Positions 1-10,134 of a stretch of DNA of 64,000 nt are shown here, in pieces. Source of the DNA: Candidatus Saliniplasma sp. (lineage in GTDB: Archaea > Thermoplasmatota > Thermoplasmata > Halarchaeoplasmatales > Halarchaeoplasmataceae); NCBI GenBank assembly GCA_046497075.1, contig JAWOGF010000066.1:3786-67785 (forward strand), in the 5' to 3' direction. The stretch's first letter is position 1; each line of letters starts with the position of its first letter. Both the position numbers and the translations under genes were made by a program. Under the pieces are notes generated by a model. It did not search any database and was not told the origin of the DNA. It was given only the letters and a program-made list of their open reading frames with translations.

Positions 1-817
1 ATATGTATCGGGGTAAGTCAGTATATGGAATCCTTCCTAGGAATATGACCGAATCGGATATATCCATCCCTCTAACTTTATTTCTCAATCTTTCAGCGTA
101 ATCTGTGTGAAGACCAGGCCCAATTATTAGTAATTTAGCATTTTTATAACGCTTTTTGACATCAGGGAATAACTCGACTATTAATTCTAGATCAACCCAA
201 TTCTCTAATGAACCTACATAACCGAGTACTGGATGGCTGAGTCCATAGTTTTCTTCGATAATACTCGGGTCAGAGGCATGTATCACACTCCTATCTACAC
301 CGTTTGGTATCACTTCGATATCACAATCTACGAAATCATTTAGATATCTTTTAGATGTTTTAGTAGGGGTAATGATTCCATCCGCATTTTTTAGATTATA
401 CCGTGATACCCACCTAGCGGCACTGCGTGCCATGAAATCAAGAGGTTTTGAATAGTAAGCAGCAGCACTTCCAGGCAAATAATCTAGATAATCAAATATC
501 ACAGTAGTTGGACTAAAATTTGCAAAATACCCGGGGATCAAATTTGCAGATATGACCGCATCATAATTTTCAGCAAGGGATGTAATTTTATTTCCATGTT
601 TAAAAATATTTTTAATGTAATAACTACTGATGTCTTTCTCTACTTTTTTGTCCATAGGGATAAGATTACATCTTGTTTTTCTTTTTTCGTCGTCAAAAAG
701 TTTGAAATAACATACATCGACCTTATGTTCTTTAGCGATATTATCGAAAATAAAATTTAGACGATTTGGCACTGGGTGACCCACCCAATCCGTGGTTGGT
801 ATCACTAGTAATTTCAT
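1..817 (-). CDS. Glycosyltransferase (GT-B / family 4-like); N-terminus present, C-terminus runs off the window edge
   Basis: Not in the ORF track because there is no stop in the window. My translation of the minus strand from ATG (817-815) stays open for 272 codons: MKLLVIPTTDWVGHPVPNRLNFIFDNIAKEH...VLGYVGSLENWVDLELIVELFPDVKKRYKNAKLLIIGPG...VIFLGRIPYTDLPRYI. This is the typical GT4 two-domain layout. It lies directly downstream of the MBL gene. Confidence 0.7.
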   Translation of the reverse strand, partial: MKLLVIPTTDWVGHPVPNRLNFIFDNIAKEHKVDVCYFKLFDDEKRKTRCNLIPMDKKVEKDISSYYIKNIFKHGNKITSLAENYDAVISANLIPGYFANFSPTTVIFDYLDYLPGSAAAYYSKPLDFMARSAARWVSRYNLKNADGIITPTKTSKRYLNDFVDCDIEVIPNGVDRSVIHASDPSIIEENYGLSHPVLGYVGSLENWVDLELIVELFPDVKKRYKNAKLLIIGPGLHTDYAERLRNKVRGMDISDSVIFLGRIPYTDLPRYI

Positions 818-831
818 ATCTTCCACTTTTT

Positions 832-1581
832 TTATGTCCTGATACTGTATCTGTCAAGATCACTACTTATAACTGTTTCTATATCTGTTTTCTCTTCGAC
901 CATATCTTTAATAATTTCTATTTTCTCTATCACTTGGGGGTAAAAATGAGTCAAGGCTAATTTTTTGATATTTTCCCCACCTAATGTATCTATCAACCCC
1001 TGTGGGTCTGTGTGTATCTCAGTTTTCATAGGCAAGGAAAGTTCATGTATGAGCAATTCCGTATCATTTAAGACATCTTTCAAACCTTCATTAGGAGCGC
1101 TATCACCGGTATACACTATCTTTCCACCATTTATGTTATATCCCTGGCTTCCCTGGATATGCGGTGTATCAAAAGCTTCGATCTTCAAACCTCCGAAGAT
1201 ATCAGCCTCATCGGGCGCTAAGGATTTGATATCTAGATCGACCCTACCGGATTCCCCTACACATTTCCAGATCTCAGGGATCCAATCTACCATATCTGGA
1301 GGACAAATGATGGTGAATTCTGCTTGATCTGTCCTTAACCAGGAAGCTTTCGTTAGGGAAGGTAGATCTTGGATGTGGTCTAAATGTCTATGGGTTAAAA
1401 AGATATAATCGATCTCCTCTGCATTTGTACCAGCTTCTCTTAATCTCAAAGGAATACCCATACCACAATCGAAGAGTATTTTAGTATCTGACCTTTCCAA
1501 GAGTATCCCAGATTGAGCCCTACCTTCGATAGGAATACCCCCGCTAGTCCCGAGAATAGTCACTTCTGATTTCTCTGACAT
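832..1581 (-). CDS. MBL-fold metallo-hydrolase (RNase Z/ElaC-like size class)
   Basis: 249 aa. HxHxDH motif (LTHRHLDH); N-terminus ILGTSGGIP...ILFDCGMG is typical of beta-lactamase-fold hydrolases. Confidence 0.8.
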   Translation of the reverse strand: MSEKSEVTILGTSGGIPIEGRAQSGILLERSDTKILFDCGMGIPLRLREAGTNAEEIDYIFLTHRHLDHIQDLPSLTKASWLRTDQAEFTIICPPDMVDWIPEIWKCVGESGRVDLDIKSLAPDEADIFGGLKIEAFDTPHIQGSQGYNINGGKIVYTGDSAPNEGLKDVLNDTELLIHELSLPMKTEIHTDPQGLIDTLGGENIKKLALTHFYPQVIEKIEIIKDMVEEKTDIETVISSDLDRYSIRT

Positions 1582-1652
1582 ACGATAACATACATATTAA
1601 AACATATATAATTGATTTTTGAACCGTTTGAAAACTAAATAGCACCGTTTGT

Positions 1653-2615
1653 CTAATAGTTCTCTAAAAACCAGTCTATAGTTTCTTCAAGTCCTTCTTC
1701 CAATCTGATATCAGGTCTATAGTCTAGTATATTTTTGGCTTTAGTGATATCAGCGTAGTTCCTGTATATCTCTCCGGGCCTCTTTTCGCCATACTGAGGT
1801 TCGGGTATTTCGAAGTCCATATCACTCATCTTGCTCTTAATCACCTCATATAGATCATTGATACTAGTTTCTTCTCCAGTAGCTACTTGGATAAGTTCGA
1901 AATCGCTTGGTAGGTCCTTTTGTGTAGAATTGAACAAAGCTTGGGATATATCTTTAGTATGTATAAAATCTCTAGTTTGCTCTCCATCTCCATAGATTAC
2001 AGGTATTTCCCCATCTATGATCTGTTTTATGAACTTAGCAACAACACTTCCTTTGTGCCACGAATTCGGTCCGTACACATTTGAAAATCTCAAAGCAATA
2101 GTGGTTAATCCATTTGTTCTAGCATAAGCGCTGCAGTATCCCTCACATGCCAGTTTACTAGCACCATATGGTGATAATGGTTCAGGAACCTTTTTCTCAT
2201 TGATGGGCATCCCTGTTTCACCTAAAGGTGCAGCTGAAGAAGCCAAAGTAAATCTTTTAACATCTTGTTTAACTGCTTCTTCAAGTAGCTTTATGGTCCC
2301 TATTATATTGATATCAGCGTCTTCAAGAGGTGACTCAACAGAAGGTATCACACCGGTCTGGGCAGCAAGATGGAGGACATAATCACATCCTTCCATAGAA
2401 GATCTTATGTCTTTTCTTTCTCTTATATCCCCCTTATAGAACTCTATTCTGTTATCATCATAATTTTCTATCTGTTTCAAATATTCTAGTTTACCGACTG
2501 ACAGATTATCTAAAACATTTATTTTCCAGTCAGTTTTCTCTAATAGGTAATCGATCAAATTCGTTCCTACAAATCCACAACCACCGGTTACCAGGGCTTG
2601 TTTTGCTCTCTTCAT
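1653..2615 (-). CDS. NAD-dependent sugar-nucleotide epimerase/dehydratase (SDR family)
   Basis: 320 aa. Rossmann motif TGGCGFVGTNL and catalytic YGASK (YxxxK). Confidence 0.9.
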   Translation of the reverse strand: MKRAKQALVTGGCGFVGTNLIDYLLEKTDWKINVLDNLSVGKLEYLKQIENYDDNRIEFYKGDIRERKDIRSSMEGCDYVLHLAAQTGVIPSVESPLEDADINIIGTIKLLEEAVKQDVKRFTLASSAAPLGETGMPINEKKVPEPLSPYGASKLACEGYCSAYARTNGLTTIALRFSNVYGPNSWHKGSVVAKFIKQIIDGEIPVIYGDGEQTRDFIHTKDISQALFNSTQKDLPSDFELIQVATGEETSINDLYEVIKSKMSDMDFEIPEPQYGEKRPGEIYRNYADITKAKNILDYRPDIRLEEGLEETIDWFLENY

Positions 2616-2628
2616 ATTATCTTATCCC

Positions 2629-3510
2629 TCAGATCTCTACTTTACCTTCCTTGATCAATTGTTCAAGAGTTTTGTCTTCTTTCTTCTTTAATTTCTCTTC
2701 ATCCTCAAGTTCCTTTTTGACCTGAAGATTCTGTTCCATCAATTTTTCTTGTTTCTTCCTGTATTGTTCACGTCGCTTCCTTTTTAGGCTGATCACATCG
2801 CTCTTCAGATCCATAGCTCTTTCATGATAGTGATCCGCCCTTTTCTTGATATCTATGAATTCTTCGTGCATTTCATCCGCTTCGTCAGATAATTTATTCA
2901 TCTCTTCATATATGTCCTGCATATCTTCATGATATTTTTGAGATTCGTCAGAATATTCCACGACCTGTTGATGTTCTTCATCAGCCTTCTCAAAAAGTTC
3001 GTCAATCTTCTCATCCAAGCCTTCTATTTCACCGATCAAAGTTTCCTGCTCTTCGAGTAGTCCTTTTTTCTCTTTTAATTCTTCTCTCCTTTCTTTGGTT
3101 TTATCGATCAATTCTTTTTCATCATCGACGGATAAAGGAGTAGTTTCTTGTTTCAATTCCATTGATTTGATCTCTGCTTCGAGTTCGTTGACTTTTTGAG
3201 GCAAATTATTAACAATTTTATCCTTCTTTTCCCGTTTAAATTCCACTAGTTCTTTAGCTTTTTGCTGGTACTCGTTCCTCTTATCTTTATGTTCCTTGGC
3301 CTTTTTCACGAGTTTGTCCCTCATCGCTTTGTTTTTTTCTAGGTCTTCCTGAATTTCTTTTCGTTCCTCATGAAGTCTATCTCTCTCTTTTTTGTAAAAT
3401 TTAGCTTCCTCGTTCAACTCGTTTCTACTCTGAACTAATCGTTTATACTTTTCTTCAGCGTTTCTTATCTCTTCGACTTCAACTTCCTCTTTTTCCTGTT
3501 CATCTGTCAT
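2629..3510 (-). CDS. Archaeal coiled-coil protein (COG1340-like), function unknown
   Basis: 293 aa, almost entirely heptad-like and K/E-rich (EEKYKRLVQSRNELNEEAKFYKKERDRL...). No enzymatic motifs. Confidence 0.6.
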   Translation of the reverse strand: MTDEQEKEEVEVEEIRNAEEKYKRLVQSRNELNEEAKFYKKERDRLHEERKEIQEDLEKNKAMRDKLVKKAKEHKDKRNEYQQKAKELVEFKREKKDKIVNNLPQKVNELEAEIKSMELKQETTPLSVDDEKELIDKTKERREELKEKKGLLEEQETLIGEIEGLDEKIDELFEKADEEHQQVVEYSDESQKYHEDMQDIYEEMNKLSDEADEMHEEFIDIKKRADHYHERAMDLKSDVISLKRKRREQYRKKQEKLMEQNLQVKKELEDEEKLKKKEDKTLEQLIKEGKVEI

Positions 3511-3563
3511 CTGTTCTCAGCTCTTTATCTTAGATATCAAACCAACATTTTCGAACGTTATTA

Positions 3564-4106
3564 TTAACCTTTTGTATGAACTTCATCAAAATACTCATAT
3601 CCTTTCTTAACTGCCTCGATGTTCATCTTTTTATACTTCTCGGGGAATTCGGATCTTATCGTCTTGATCAAACAATCTAGATCGATTTCCTTAGATATTT
3701 GAGCTAAAGCACCTAAAAGGACGATATTTGCGGCCTTCGAACTAGCGATCTCTTCCGCGATTTCACCAGCAGGTACTCTATAAACTTTGCCTTTAGATTT
3801 ACTAACTTCCTCCACTCTGCTGGAATCTACTATAAGATGTTCACAGCCTTCAACTTTATCCCTCCATTCATTCAAAGTTTCTTGATAAAGAACAATCAAA
3901 TACTGGGGTATTTCAATAGTGAGCTCGTCAACTTTTTGTCTATCTGCAATTATATCCGAGTATGCTATTCCACTCCTAACCGCAGCTGAATAAGAACGTC
4001 TTTGAACTACCTCATAATCTTGTTCTAGGGATAAGGATTTTCCCAATATCGTCCCGGCTAATACTGTTCCCTGACCTGCCCATCCACCTATCCTAACCGT
4101 GATCAT
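3564..4106 (-). CDS. 2-oxoacid:ferredoxin oxidoreductase, gamma subunit
   Basis: 180 aa. N-terminus RIGGWAGQGTVLAGTILG is typical of OFOR gamma. It is last in a delta-alpha-beta-gamma operon with 4-nt overlaps. Confidence 0.85.
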   Translation of the reverse strand: MITVRIGGWAGQGTVLAGTILGKSLSLEQDYEVVQRRSYSAAVRSGIAYSDIIADRQKVDELTIEIPQYLIVLYQETLNEWRDKVEGCEHLIVDSSRVEEVSKSKGKVYRVPAGEIAEEIASSKAANIVLLGALAQISKEIDLDCLIKTIRSEFPEKYKKMNIEAVKKGYEYFDEVHTKG

Positions 4107-4900
4107 ATCGGTTCACCACCTTGATCTAAGATCTGTTTATATATCTCCTCGGTAAGTTCAGGCCTGTCGATATATTGGATCTCGCCGACGTAGATACCTT
4201 CATCGTCTTTACTTTTCGTAGTGTTGTCTTTATACCATTCTAACATCTCTACTCCGGATAAGCCTTTTTTCTTACCGGTCCTTGTGGGACACTGGCTCAG
4301 CACCTCTATAAAAGACAGTCCTTCGGTTTCTATAGCCCTATCGATTTCGTTTATAAGTTCGTTCATATGGTAGGTAGTCCATCTTGCAACATGACTAGCC
4401 CCTGCGTGCTTAACCACGTTACATATATCGATACCCTGTGATGGATTTCCATAAGGAGTCGTTAAAGTTCTTTCACCATGCTCTGTTGTTGGTGCTACTT
4501 GTCCACCTGTCATCGCATAAAGACCGTTATTGATCATCAATACATTCAGGTCTATATTATTACGGGCTGCATGAAGTAGATGATTCCCACCTATACCAGC
4601 ACAATCCCCGTCTCCAGATACAACCATCACCTCTAGTTTTTTATTACCCACCTTTAAACCAGTAGCATGAGGGATCGCTCTTCCATGTGTTGTATGTAAT
4701 GTATCTACCTTCCAGTACGGTGAAGGTATCCAAGCGGCGCATCCTATACCACTGACCGCTACAACATCCTTTTGATCGATACTATTTTTTTCAACGGCTC
4801 TAGACATAGCATTTAATACCATCCCATCCCCACAACCCGGACAGAATGCTGAAGGATAATTTCTTACATATTTTTTTCTTATCTTTTTGGCTCTGATCAT
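4103..4900 (-). CDS. 2-oxoacid:ferredoxin oxidoreductase, beta (TPP-binding) subunit
   Basis: 265 aa. Motifs FCPGCGDG and VVSGDGDCAGIGGNH (TPP/Mg GDG motif). Confidence 0.9.
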   Translation of the reverse strand: MIRAKKIRKKYVRNYPSAFCPGCGDGMVLNAMSRAVEKNSIDQKDVVAVSGIGCAAWIPSPYWKVDTLHTTHGRAIPHATGLKVGNKKLEVMVVSGDGDCAGIGGNHLLHAARNNIDLNVLMINNGLYAMTGGQVAPTTEHGERTLTTPYGNPSQGIDICNVVKHAGASHVARWTTYHMNELINEIDRAIETEGLSFIEVLSQCPTRTGKKKGLSGVEMLEWYKDNTTKSKDDEGIYVGEIQYIDRPELTEEIYKQILDQGGEPI

Positions 4901-6024
4901 TCTATCACGTCCATGATCTTTTCGTAGACCTGATTGACCGTTGGTACCGAGTTCAACCTATCGTAAATGTAAAGGTTCTCTCCACCCACACATCTTTCTA
5001 CTTCCATCCTATAACCTCTGAGAGAAAGCTCAACCAATAAAATTTTAGATTCCTTACCGATTTCTTTCATCCTCTCTTGAGGGCTTGGCCACATAACTTT
5101 AGGTCTGAAAAAGCCAACTTTATAACCTTCTTCTCTAGCTTTTTTAACCGCACCTCTAACCGGTCTTGATATCGAGCCGTATGAGATCAGAACTAGTTCT
5201 GCGTCTTCACAGTGTTTTTCTTCCCAATCTTCGATCTTTTCTCTATTATCCTCGATTTTCGCAGTTAAACGCCTGACCAAATCATCTTGAGCTTCGTAAC
5301 TGGCTGTGTCTCTTGTTCCATCACCTAAATGGGTAGAACCCGTAACCATCAACTCGTAGCCTTCACCGAAAGCGGGCATCGGAGGGACATGGTCCTTTTC
5401 ATCAGTATCAAAGAATTCTACATCCCCTTCTTCTGGTTTTTTTCTTTCTACGATATCAACATCTTCAGGTATCGTAAACTTCTCTCGCATGTGACCAACA
5501 CCAGCATCAGCCAGCAGTATGACAGGTGTTCGATATCTTTCAGCAAGGTTGAATGCACTTATTGTAAAATCGAACATCTCCTGTACTGAGTTAGGACTTA
5601 AAGCTATGAGTTCGTAGTCTCCATGGCTCCCGAATCTCGCCTGCATCACATCTCCCGTACCCGGTTTGGTAGCCTGACCTGTTGAAGGACCGGCTCTCTG
5701 GACATTTACAAGAACACATGGGGTCTCTGTCATCACAGCATAACCTAAATTTTCCTGCATAAGAGAAAACCCAGGTCCGCTGGTAGCGGTCATACTTTTT
5801 AAACCGCTCCAAGAGGCGCCTGTAATTACGGCCATGCTAGCGATCTCGTCTTCCATCTGTATGAACCTTCCACCTGTTTGGGGGAGCTCTTTAGCAAGGT
5901 GATTCATCACTTCAGAAGCCGGTGTGATCGGGTATCCCGCATACAATCCCAATCCAGCTCTCATGGCACCCTCAGCACAGGCTTCATTACCTTCCATAAA
6001 ATAAGTTCCCGGTTCCTTCATCAT
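4897..6024 (-). CDS. 2-oxoacid:ferredoxin oxidoreductase, alpha subunit
   Basis: 375 aa. N-terminus GNEACAEGAMRAGLGLYAGYPITPASE is typical of OFOR alpha. The D-A-B-G gene order is the Kor-type (2-oxoglutarate) arrangement rather than Por (G-D-A-B). Substrate is not determinable from sequence alone. Confidence 0.9.
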   Translation of the reverse strand: MMKEPGTYFMEGNEACAEGAMRAGLGLYAGYPITPASEVMNHLAKELPQTGGRFIQMEDEIASMAVITGASWSGLKSMTATSGPGFSLMQENLGYAVMTETPCVLVNVQRAGPSTGQATKPGTGDVMQARFGSHGDYELIALSPNSVQEMFDFTISAFNLAERYRTPVILLADAGVGHMREKFTIPEDVDIVERKKPEEGDVEFFDTDEKDHVPPMPAFGEGYELMVTGSTHLGDGTRDTASYEAQDDLVRRLTAKIEDNREKIEDWEEKHCEDAELVLISYGSISRPVRGAVKKAREEGYKVGFFRPKVMWPSPQERMKEIGKESKILLVELSLRGYRMEVERCVGGENLYIYDRLNSVPTVNQVYEKIMDVIE

Positions 6025-6239
6025 TCTTCCTCCTCAGCTTCTACAAAGATCGCAAAATCTGGACAAAACAATTCACATCTTCCGCATTCGATGCATGCAT
6101 CGATATCTACGACTTCTGGATAATAGTTACCGTATTGGTTAAGATCATCTGACTCTCCAAGAACGTTCTTTGGGCAAAAACGGATACAGATACCACACCC
6201 AGTGCATAGATCCCGATCGATTTTTATACTTTCCACCAT
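6021..6239 (-). CDS. 2-oxoacid:ferredoxin oxidoreductase, delta subunit (2x[4Fe-4S] ferredoxin)
   Basis: 72 aa with two CxxCxxCxxxCP motifs (CTGCGICIRFCP, CIECGRCELFCP). Confidence 0.85.
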   Translation of the reverse strand: MVESIKIDRDLCTGCGICIRFCPKNVLGESDDLNQYGNYYPEVVDIDACIECGRCELFCPDFAIFVEAEEEE

Positions 6240-6294
6240 GATACCTGTTTGAGGCGAACTACCGCTGTAATATAAAGCTTTTGAGAGTATTGTA

Positions 6295-7560
6295 TCAGTC
6301 TATAGGTGGCCAACTTGTTTTGTCATCTCTTTTCTTCACTTTTCGACTGCTTGTATCGATCTTCGTTTCACTCTTGTTACCACATCTCTTACATTCAAGT
6401 TTTCCATCTTCGGTATATATCGCTTTGTTATTTCCACATTGGGGACAAACGTATACGGACCCTAATCCTGGTACAACTATTGATTCTTCTTCTTTTTTAT
6501 CCCTTGTAACCGTAGCTGTAGATTTCTCTTTTTTGTTTTTGCCTGACAACCAGATTATAGTTCGTTTACCGTAATGGTATAAATAATAGATTCCAGCTGC
6601 CATCCAAAGGAGTATTAAAAATCCTAAGTAAGTTTCTATGTTTGCGATATCGAATACCTTTGTAGGGACTGATAGGAAATCCCAGATGAAGTGAAGTAGT
6701 ATAGCTGAATGTAGTCCGTCCTTAGCATAGAGATACCCAAAAGCTAGTCCCGCTATGAAGGTAGGAGGGAGTTTATAAACATCCCATCCTCCTAGATGAG
6801 CTACAGCGAAAACAGTAGAAGATAATAATATCGGTATTATGACGAAACGATCTTTTAGTCCAAAACCTCCGTATATGTACTTCCAATCCCATTTATTTTT
6901 TTTAACAATGATATAGAAGAACATGGGAAGTCCTAAGAAAACAGTTCGAACAAGAAGTTCTTCCCATACTGCTGCTCTAGTCATCAAATAGATGATCTGC
7001 CATAAAGGGAACTGTTCGAGTCCTGATGTTTCGGGTGAGATGCCTATCCTCTCTAGAAACATATAATATGATAAACTAAAAAATAATAATGTCATGAAAA
7101 TATAGGCAAGTCTTGGTATAGGGCTATCCGCTTTATTACTGGATTTTTCTCCTTTTGAAGCGAGGGTCTCTTTGATATAATGAATAAAGTCCTGTACCCC
7201 CTTGTAGAAGATAAAAATATAGGAGAATAAAACAAAAAATACGAGTATGAAGAAATAGATTATGAAAGTGGTTCCCGTGACCTCGGTGATACCCACAGGT
7301 ACGAGTAAAACCACATATATAACGGTCCCTGTATCGGTCATATATTGGGGCACCCATTCAAGACTCCATATCAAGATCGAAGTATTAAGTATCAGATATG
7401 CTAAAAATAATAACAGAGTAAATATTGAGAAGATGTTTTTAAATTTTCTGAGTAAGCTTTTCAAACTTCCGAGATCGTTTCCGTCGTCTTTTTCAAATCT
7501 ATACCCACAAGTAGGACAGAAATCTCCTTCAGTTTCTCTACCGCAGTGTGGACATTTCAT
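6295..7560 (-). CDS. CPBP (CAAX-type) intramembrane metalloprotease flanked by N- and C-terminal zinc ribbons
   Basis: 421 aa, polytopic. CPBP motifs: AAVWEELLVR (EExxxR), FAVAHL (FxxxH), HFIWDF. N-terminal CPHCGRETEGDFCPTCG and C-terminal CPQCGNNKAIYTEDGKLECKRCG. Confidence 0.7.
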   Translation of the reverse strand: MKCPHCGRETEGDFCPTCGYRFEKDDGNDLGSLKSLLRKFKNIFSIFTLLLFLAYLILNTSILIWSLEWVPQYMTDTGTVIYVVLLVPVGITEVTGTTFIIYFFILVFFVLFSYIFIFYKGVQDFIHYIKETLASKGEKSSNKADSPIPRLAYIFMTLLFFSLSYYMFLERIGISPETSGLEQFPLWQIIYLMTRAAVWEELLVRTVFLGLPMFFYIIVKKNKWDWKYIYGGFGLKDRFVIIPILLSSTVFAVAHLGGWDVYKLPPTFIAGLAFGYLYAKDGLHSAILLHFIWDFLSVPTKVFDIANIETYLGFLILLWMAAGIYYLYHYGKRTIIWLSGKNKKEKSTATVTRDKKEEESIVVPGLGSVYVCPQCGNNKAIYTEDGKLECKRCGNKSETKIDTSSRKVKKRDDKTSWPPID

Positions 7561-7632
7561 CGGAAATCAATTTGTTGCCATGTATTAAACATTTTACCCT
7601 AAAGTAAAGAGATAAAGATAAGAGAAGGATAT

Positions 7633-9264
7633 CTAATCCTTCTTTTTCACCTTTGTCGGTACTATCTTTTCGATCTTTTCCTCTTCAACCATCTCTGTCA
7701 AGGTGTCTCTCAATTTGAATTTTTGTACTTTTCCTCTACCGGATACAGGTAGATCCATTCCTACAACGGCGTATCTTGGAACTTTGGCACTAGCGACTCG
7801 TCCGTACAAGAAGTCAACAACATCTTGTGGTGATATGTCTGCGTTTTTAGTGGGTACTACAGAAGCGGCTACAACTTCACCTAATTCGTCATCCGGTACA
7901 CCTACGACAGCTACTTCTTTGATCTCGGGATGTTCAAGTAAGTATTCCTCGATCTCCCTGGGATAAACGTTCAAACCACCAACGATTACCATGTCTTTCT
8001 TTCTACCGACTATCTTCACGTAACCCCGCTCGTCCATTTCCGCAAGATCTCCACTGTGCAGCCATCCGTTTTCGATAGTATCATCCGTGGCTTCTGGTTT
8101 ATTGTAGTATCCTTCCATCACATTATAACCTTTAACCAATAGTTCCCCGGTCTCCCCTGGTTCCACTTCTTCACCTGCGTCATCCACGATTTTTACTTCT
8201 TGATCTGGCATAACTCTTCCAACGGTCTCTACCCGGTCCTCTACAGAATCGTCGAACCTCGTCATCGTGACTCCGGGTGAGGCCTCCGTTAATCCATAAG
8301 TTATCGATACGTTACATCCGAGGTCATCGATAACCGATTTCATGGTCTCAACTGGACAGCTAGACCCAGCCATTATGCCGGTTCTGAGACTATCGGTATC
8401 GTAATCTTCTTCTTTTGCAACTTCAAGTTCGCGGATGAACATAGTTGGTACACCGTGGATCATAGTCGCCTCCTCATTTTCTACTAAATCTAACGCTTTG
8501 TGTGGTTCGAAATCAACTATAGGTATCATAGTTCCTCCGAAGACCACCATCAATGTAATACTCATAACGTTTCCAAAACAGTGACTGAAAGGAACGGGAA
8601 TTACGAGTTTATCATCTTCTGATGTATGTAGAATATCACCCTGATCATGTGCATTTTTAACGATCTGGTAATGGGTAAGTTGAACACCTTTTGGTTTTCC
8701 TGTAGTCCCTGAGGTATACAGAATAAAGGTAATATCATCGTAATGCGTATTCTTTTTTCTTTCTAAGTAGTCTTCATCGTTTTCCCAACCTTTACCTTGT
8801 TCTAACGCATCATCGAAATTTACTGTAGGGATCTTGTCACTTCCTCCTTCCAACAGTATGACCTGTTCTAATTTAGGAAGATCAGATTTTACTTCCTCTA
8901 GTATATCCAAGAACTTGTACTTGCCGTGTGTATCTGTAGTTATCACTGCTTTTGTATCCGAGTCATCGAACATATACTGTATCTCACCGCTTTTGTACCA
9001 AGGATCCGTAGGTACAACGACTGCACCTATTTTAGGCACCGCAAACCATGCGACAACCCATTCAGGTAGATTGGGAAGCCAGATAGAAACTTTATCACCT
9101 CTACCGATACCTTTATTCATCAAGAAATTTGCAAGTCTTTCAGCTTTTTCGTTCAGTTCCTTATAGGTTATCCTCTGATCATTAAATATGATCGCTTCTT
9201 TATCGGGATATTCCTTTGCTTTCTCCTCCAATAATTTGCCGATAGTGATTTTTGTCTTTTCCAT
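7633..9264 (-). CDS. AMP-forming acyl-CoA synthetase / fatty-acid--CoA ligase family
   Basis: 543 aa. AMP-binding signature YTSGTTGKPKGV, then GYGLTE-like ITYGLTEASP and SGDLAEMDERGYVKIVGRKKD. Confidence 0.9.
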   Translation of the reverse strand: MEKTKITIGKLLEEKAKEYPDKEAIIFNDQRITYKELNEKAERLANFLMNKGIGRGDKVSIWLPNLPEWVVAWFAVPKIGAVVVPTDPWYKSGEIQYMFDDSDTKAVITTDTHGKYKFLDILEEVKSDLPKLEQVILLEGGSDKIPTVNFDDALEQGKGWENDEDYLERKKNTHYDDITFILYTSGTTGKPKGVQLTHYQIVKNAHDQGDILHTSEDDKLVIPVPFSHCFGNVMSITLMVVFGGTMIPIVDFEPHKALDLVENEEATMIHGVPTMFIRELEVAKEEDYDTDSLRTGIMAGSSCPVETMKSVIDDLGCNVSITYGLTEASPGVTMTRFDDSVEDRVETVGRVMPDQEVKIVDDAGEEVEPGETGELLVKGYNVMEGYYNKPEATDDTIENGWLHSGDLAEMDERGYVKIVGRKKDMVIVGGLNVYPREIEEYLLEHPEIKEVAVVGVPDDELGEVVAASVVPTKNADISPQDVVDFLYGRVASAKVPRYAVVGMDLPVSGRGKVQKFKLRDTLTEMVEEEKIEKIVPTKVKKKD

Positions 9265-9351
9265 TTTATTGACCCCGTCGCTATTCGAGGGTCAATTTGC
9301 GAAATCAGTTATAAGCCTTACGATTAGAGCATATATATAACGCCGAATATC

Positions 9352-10122
9352 TCAAACACCGTTTGGTCTCCTTCCTACAATAACATATCCTGTATGTCCC
9401 AGCATATCAAAGGAGGGCCTTACACCCTTTTCTTTCACGATCATCTCCCGCTCTAAATTTTCGAAAGATTTTATATCTATATAGTTATGCTTCCTCAACT
9501 CTTTTACTGTTTTTTCCAATTGATTCATGGATGGAATATAGCCAGCAAAAAATCCCCCGCCTTTTAAAACCTCATTCGCCATAGATACGGCGTTCCATGG
9601 TTCTGGTATATCCACTATAAAAGCATCCGCACCCCTTTCTTCGACATCTTCAGTAACATCACCATGGACTATTTCACATCTATCCTCTAATCCCAACTTT
9701 TTGATGTTCGATCGGGCGGTTTTGATATGGTCTTCTCGAAGTTCATAAGTGATCACTTTGCCATCTTTTCCTACACATTTTCCGAGTACTGAAGTAAGCA
9801 ACCCAGATCCCGCACCTCCTTCTATTACGTTATCTCCGCAGAAGAGGTCGCAGTAAAACGCTATCTGGATACCTATGCGGGGTAATATTATCTGGGCATC
9901 TCTCTTCAGGAAATGTTCAGCATCTTTAATTGCGGGCTGTAGCAGCCTATATTCATCTCTACCCAACTCGATGAGACTTCCCCATTCTTGACCTATCATC
10001 CTATTTGTATCTATGATACCGAGACCTGAGACTTTTTTTGTTTCTCCGTTGACTTCAACCAAGGTCATCCAGTTTTTTTTCCAAAGGATTACTTTTTCTC
10101 CCTCTTTAATCATGATCTTCAA
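9352..10122 (-). CDS. trmI: tRNA (adenine-N1)-methyltransferase TrmI/Gcd14 family
   Basis: 256 aa. SAM motif VIEGGAGSGLLTSVL; the N-terminal beta-domain plus Rossmann layout and the DIPEPW motif are typical of TrmI. Confidence 0.75.
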   Translation of the reverse strand: MKIMIKEGEKVILWKKNWMTLVEVNGETKKVSGLGIIDTNRMIGQEWGSLIELGRDEYRLLQPAIKDAEHFLKRDAQIILPRIGIQIAFYCDLFCGDNVIEGGAGSGLLTSVLGKCVGKDGKVITYELREDHIKTARSNIKKLGLEDRCEIVHGDVTEDVEERGADAFIVDIPEPWNAVSMANEVLKGGGFFAGYIPSMNQLEKTVKELRKHNYIDIKSFENLEREMIVKEKGVRPSFDMLGHTGYVIVGRRPNGV

Positions 10123-10134
10123 CTTATCTAAGAT

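Noticed and set aside
766-1327. Plus-strand ORFs 766-960 and 965-1327
   Set aside because: They are antisense to the glycosyltransferase start and the MBL hydrolase. The translations are hydrophobic and low-complexity with no support.
9268-9294. Hairpin TTGACCC-N13-GGGTCAA between trmI and the acyl-CoA ligase gene
   Set aside because: It is a 7-bp stem with a large loop. It could be a weak terminator or a chance occurrence, and nothing distinguishes it without comparative data.
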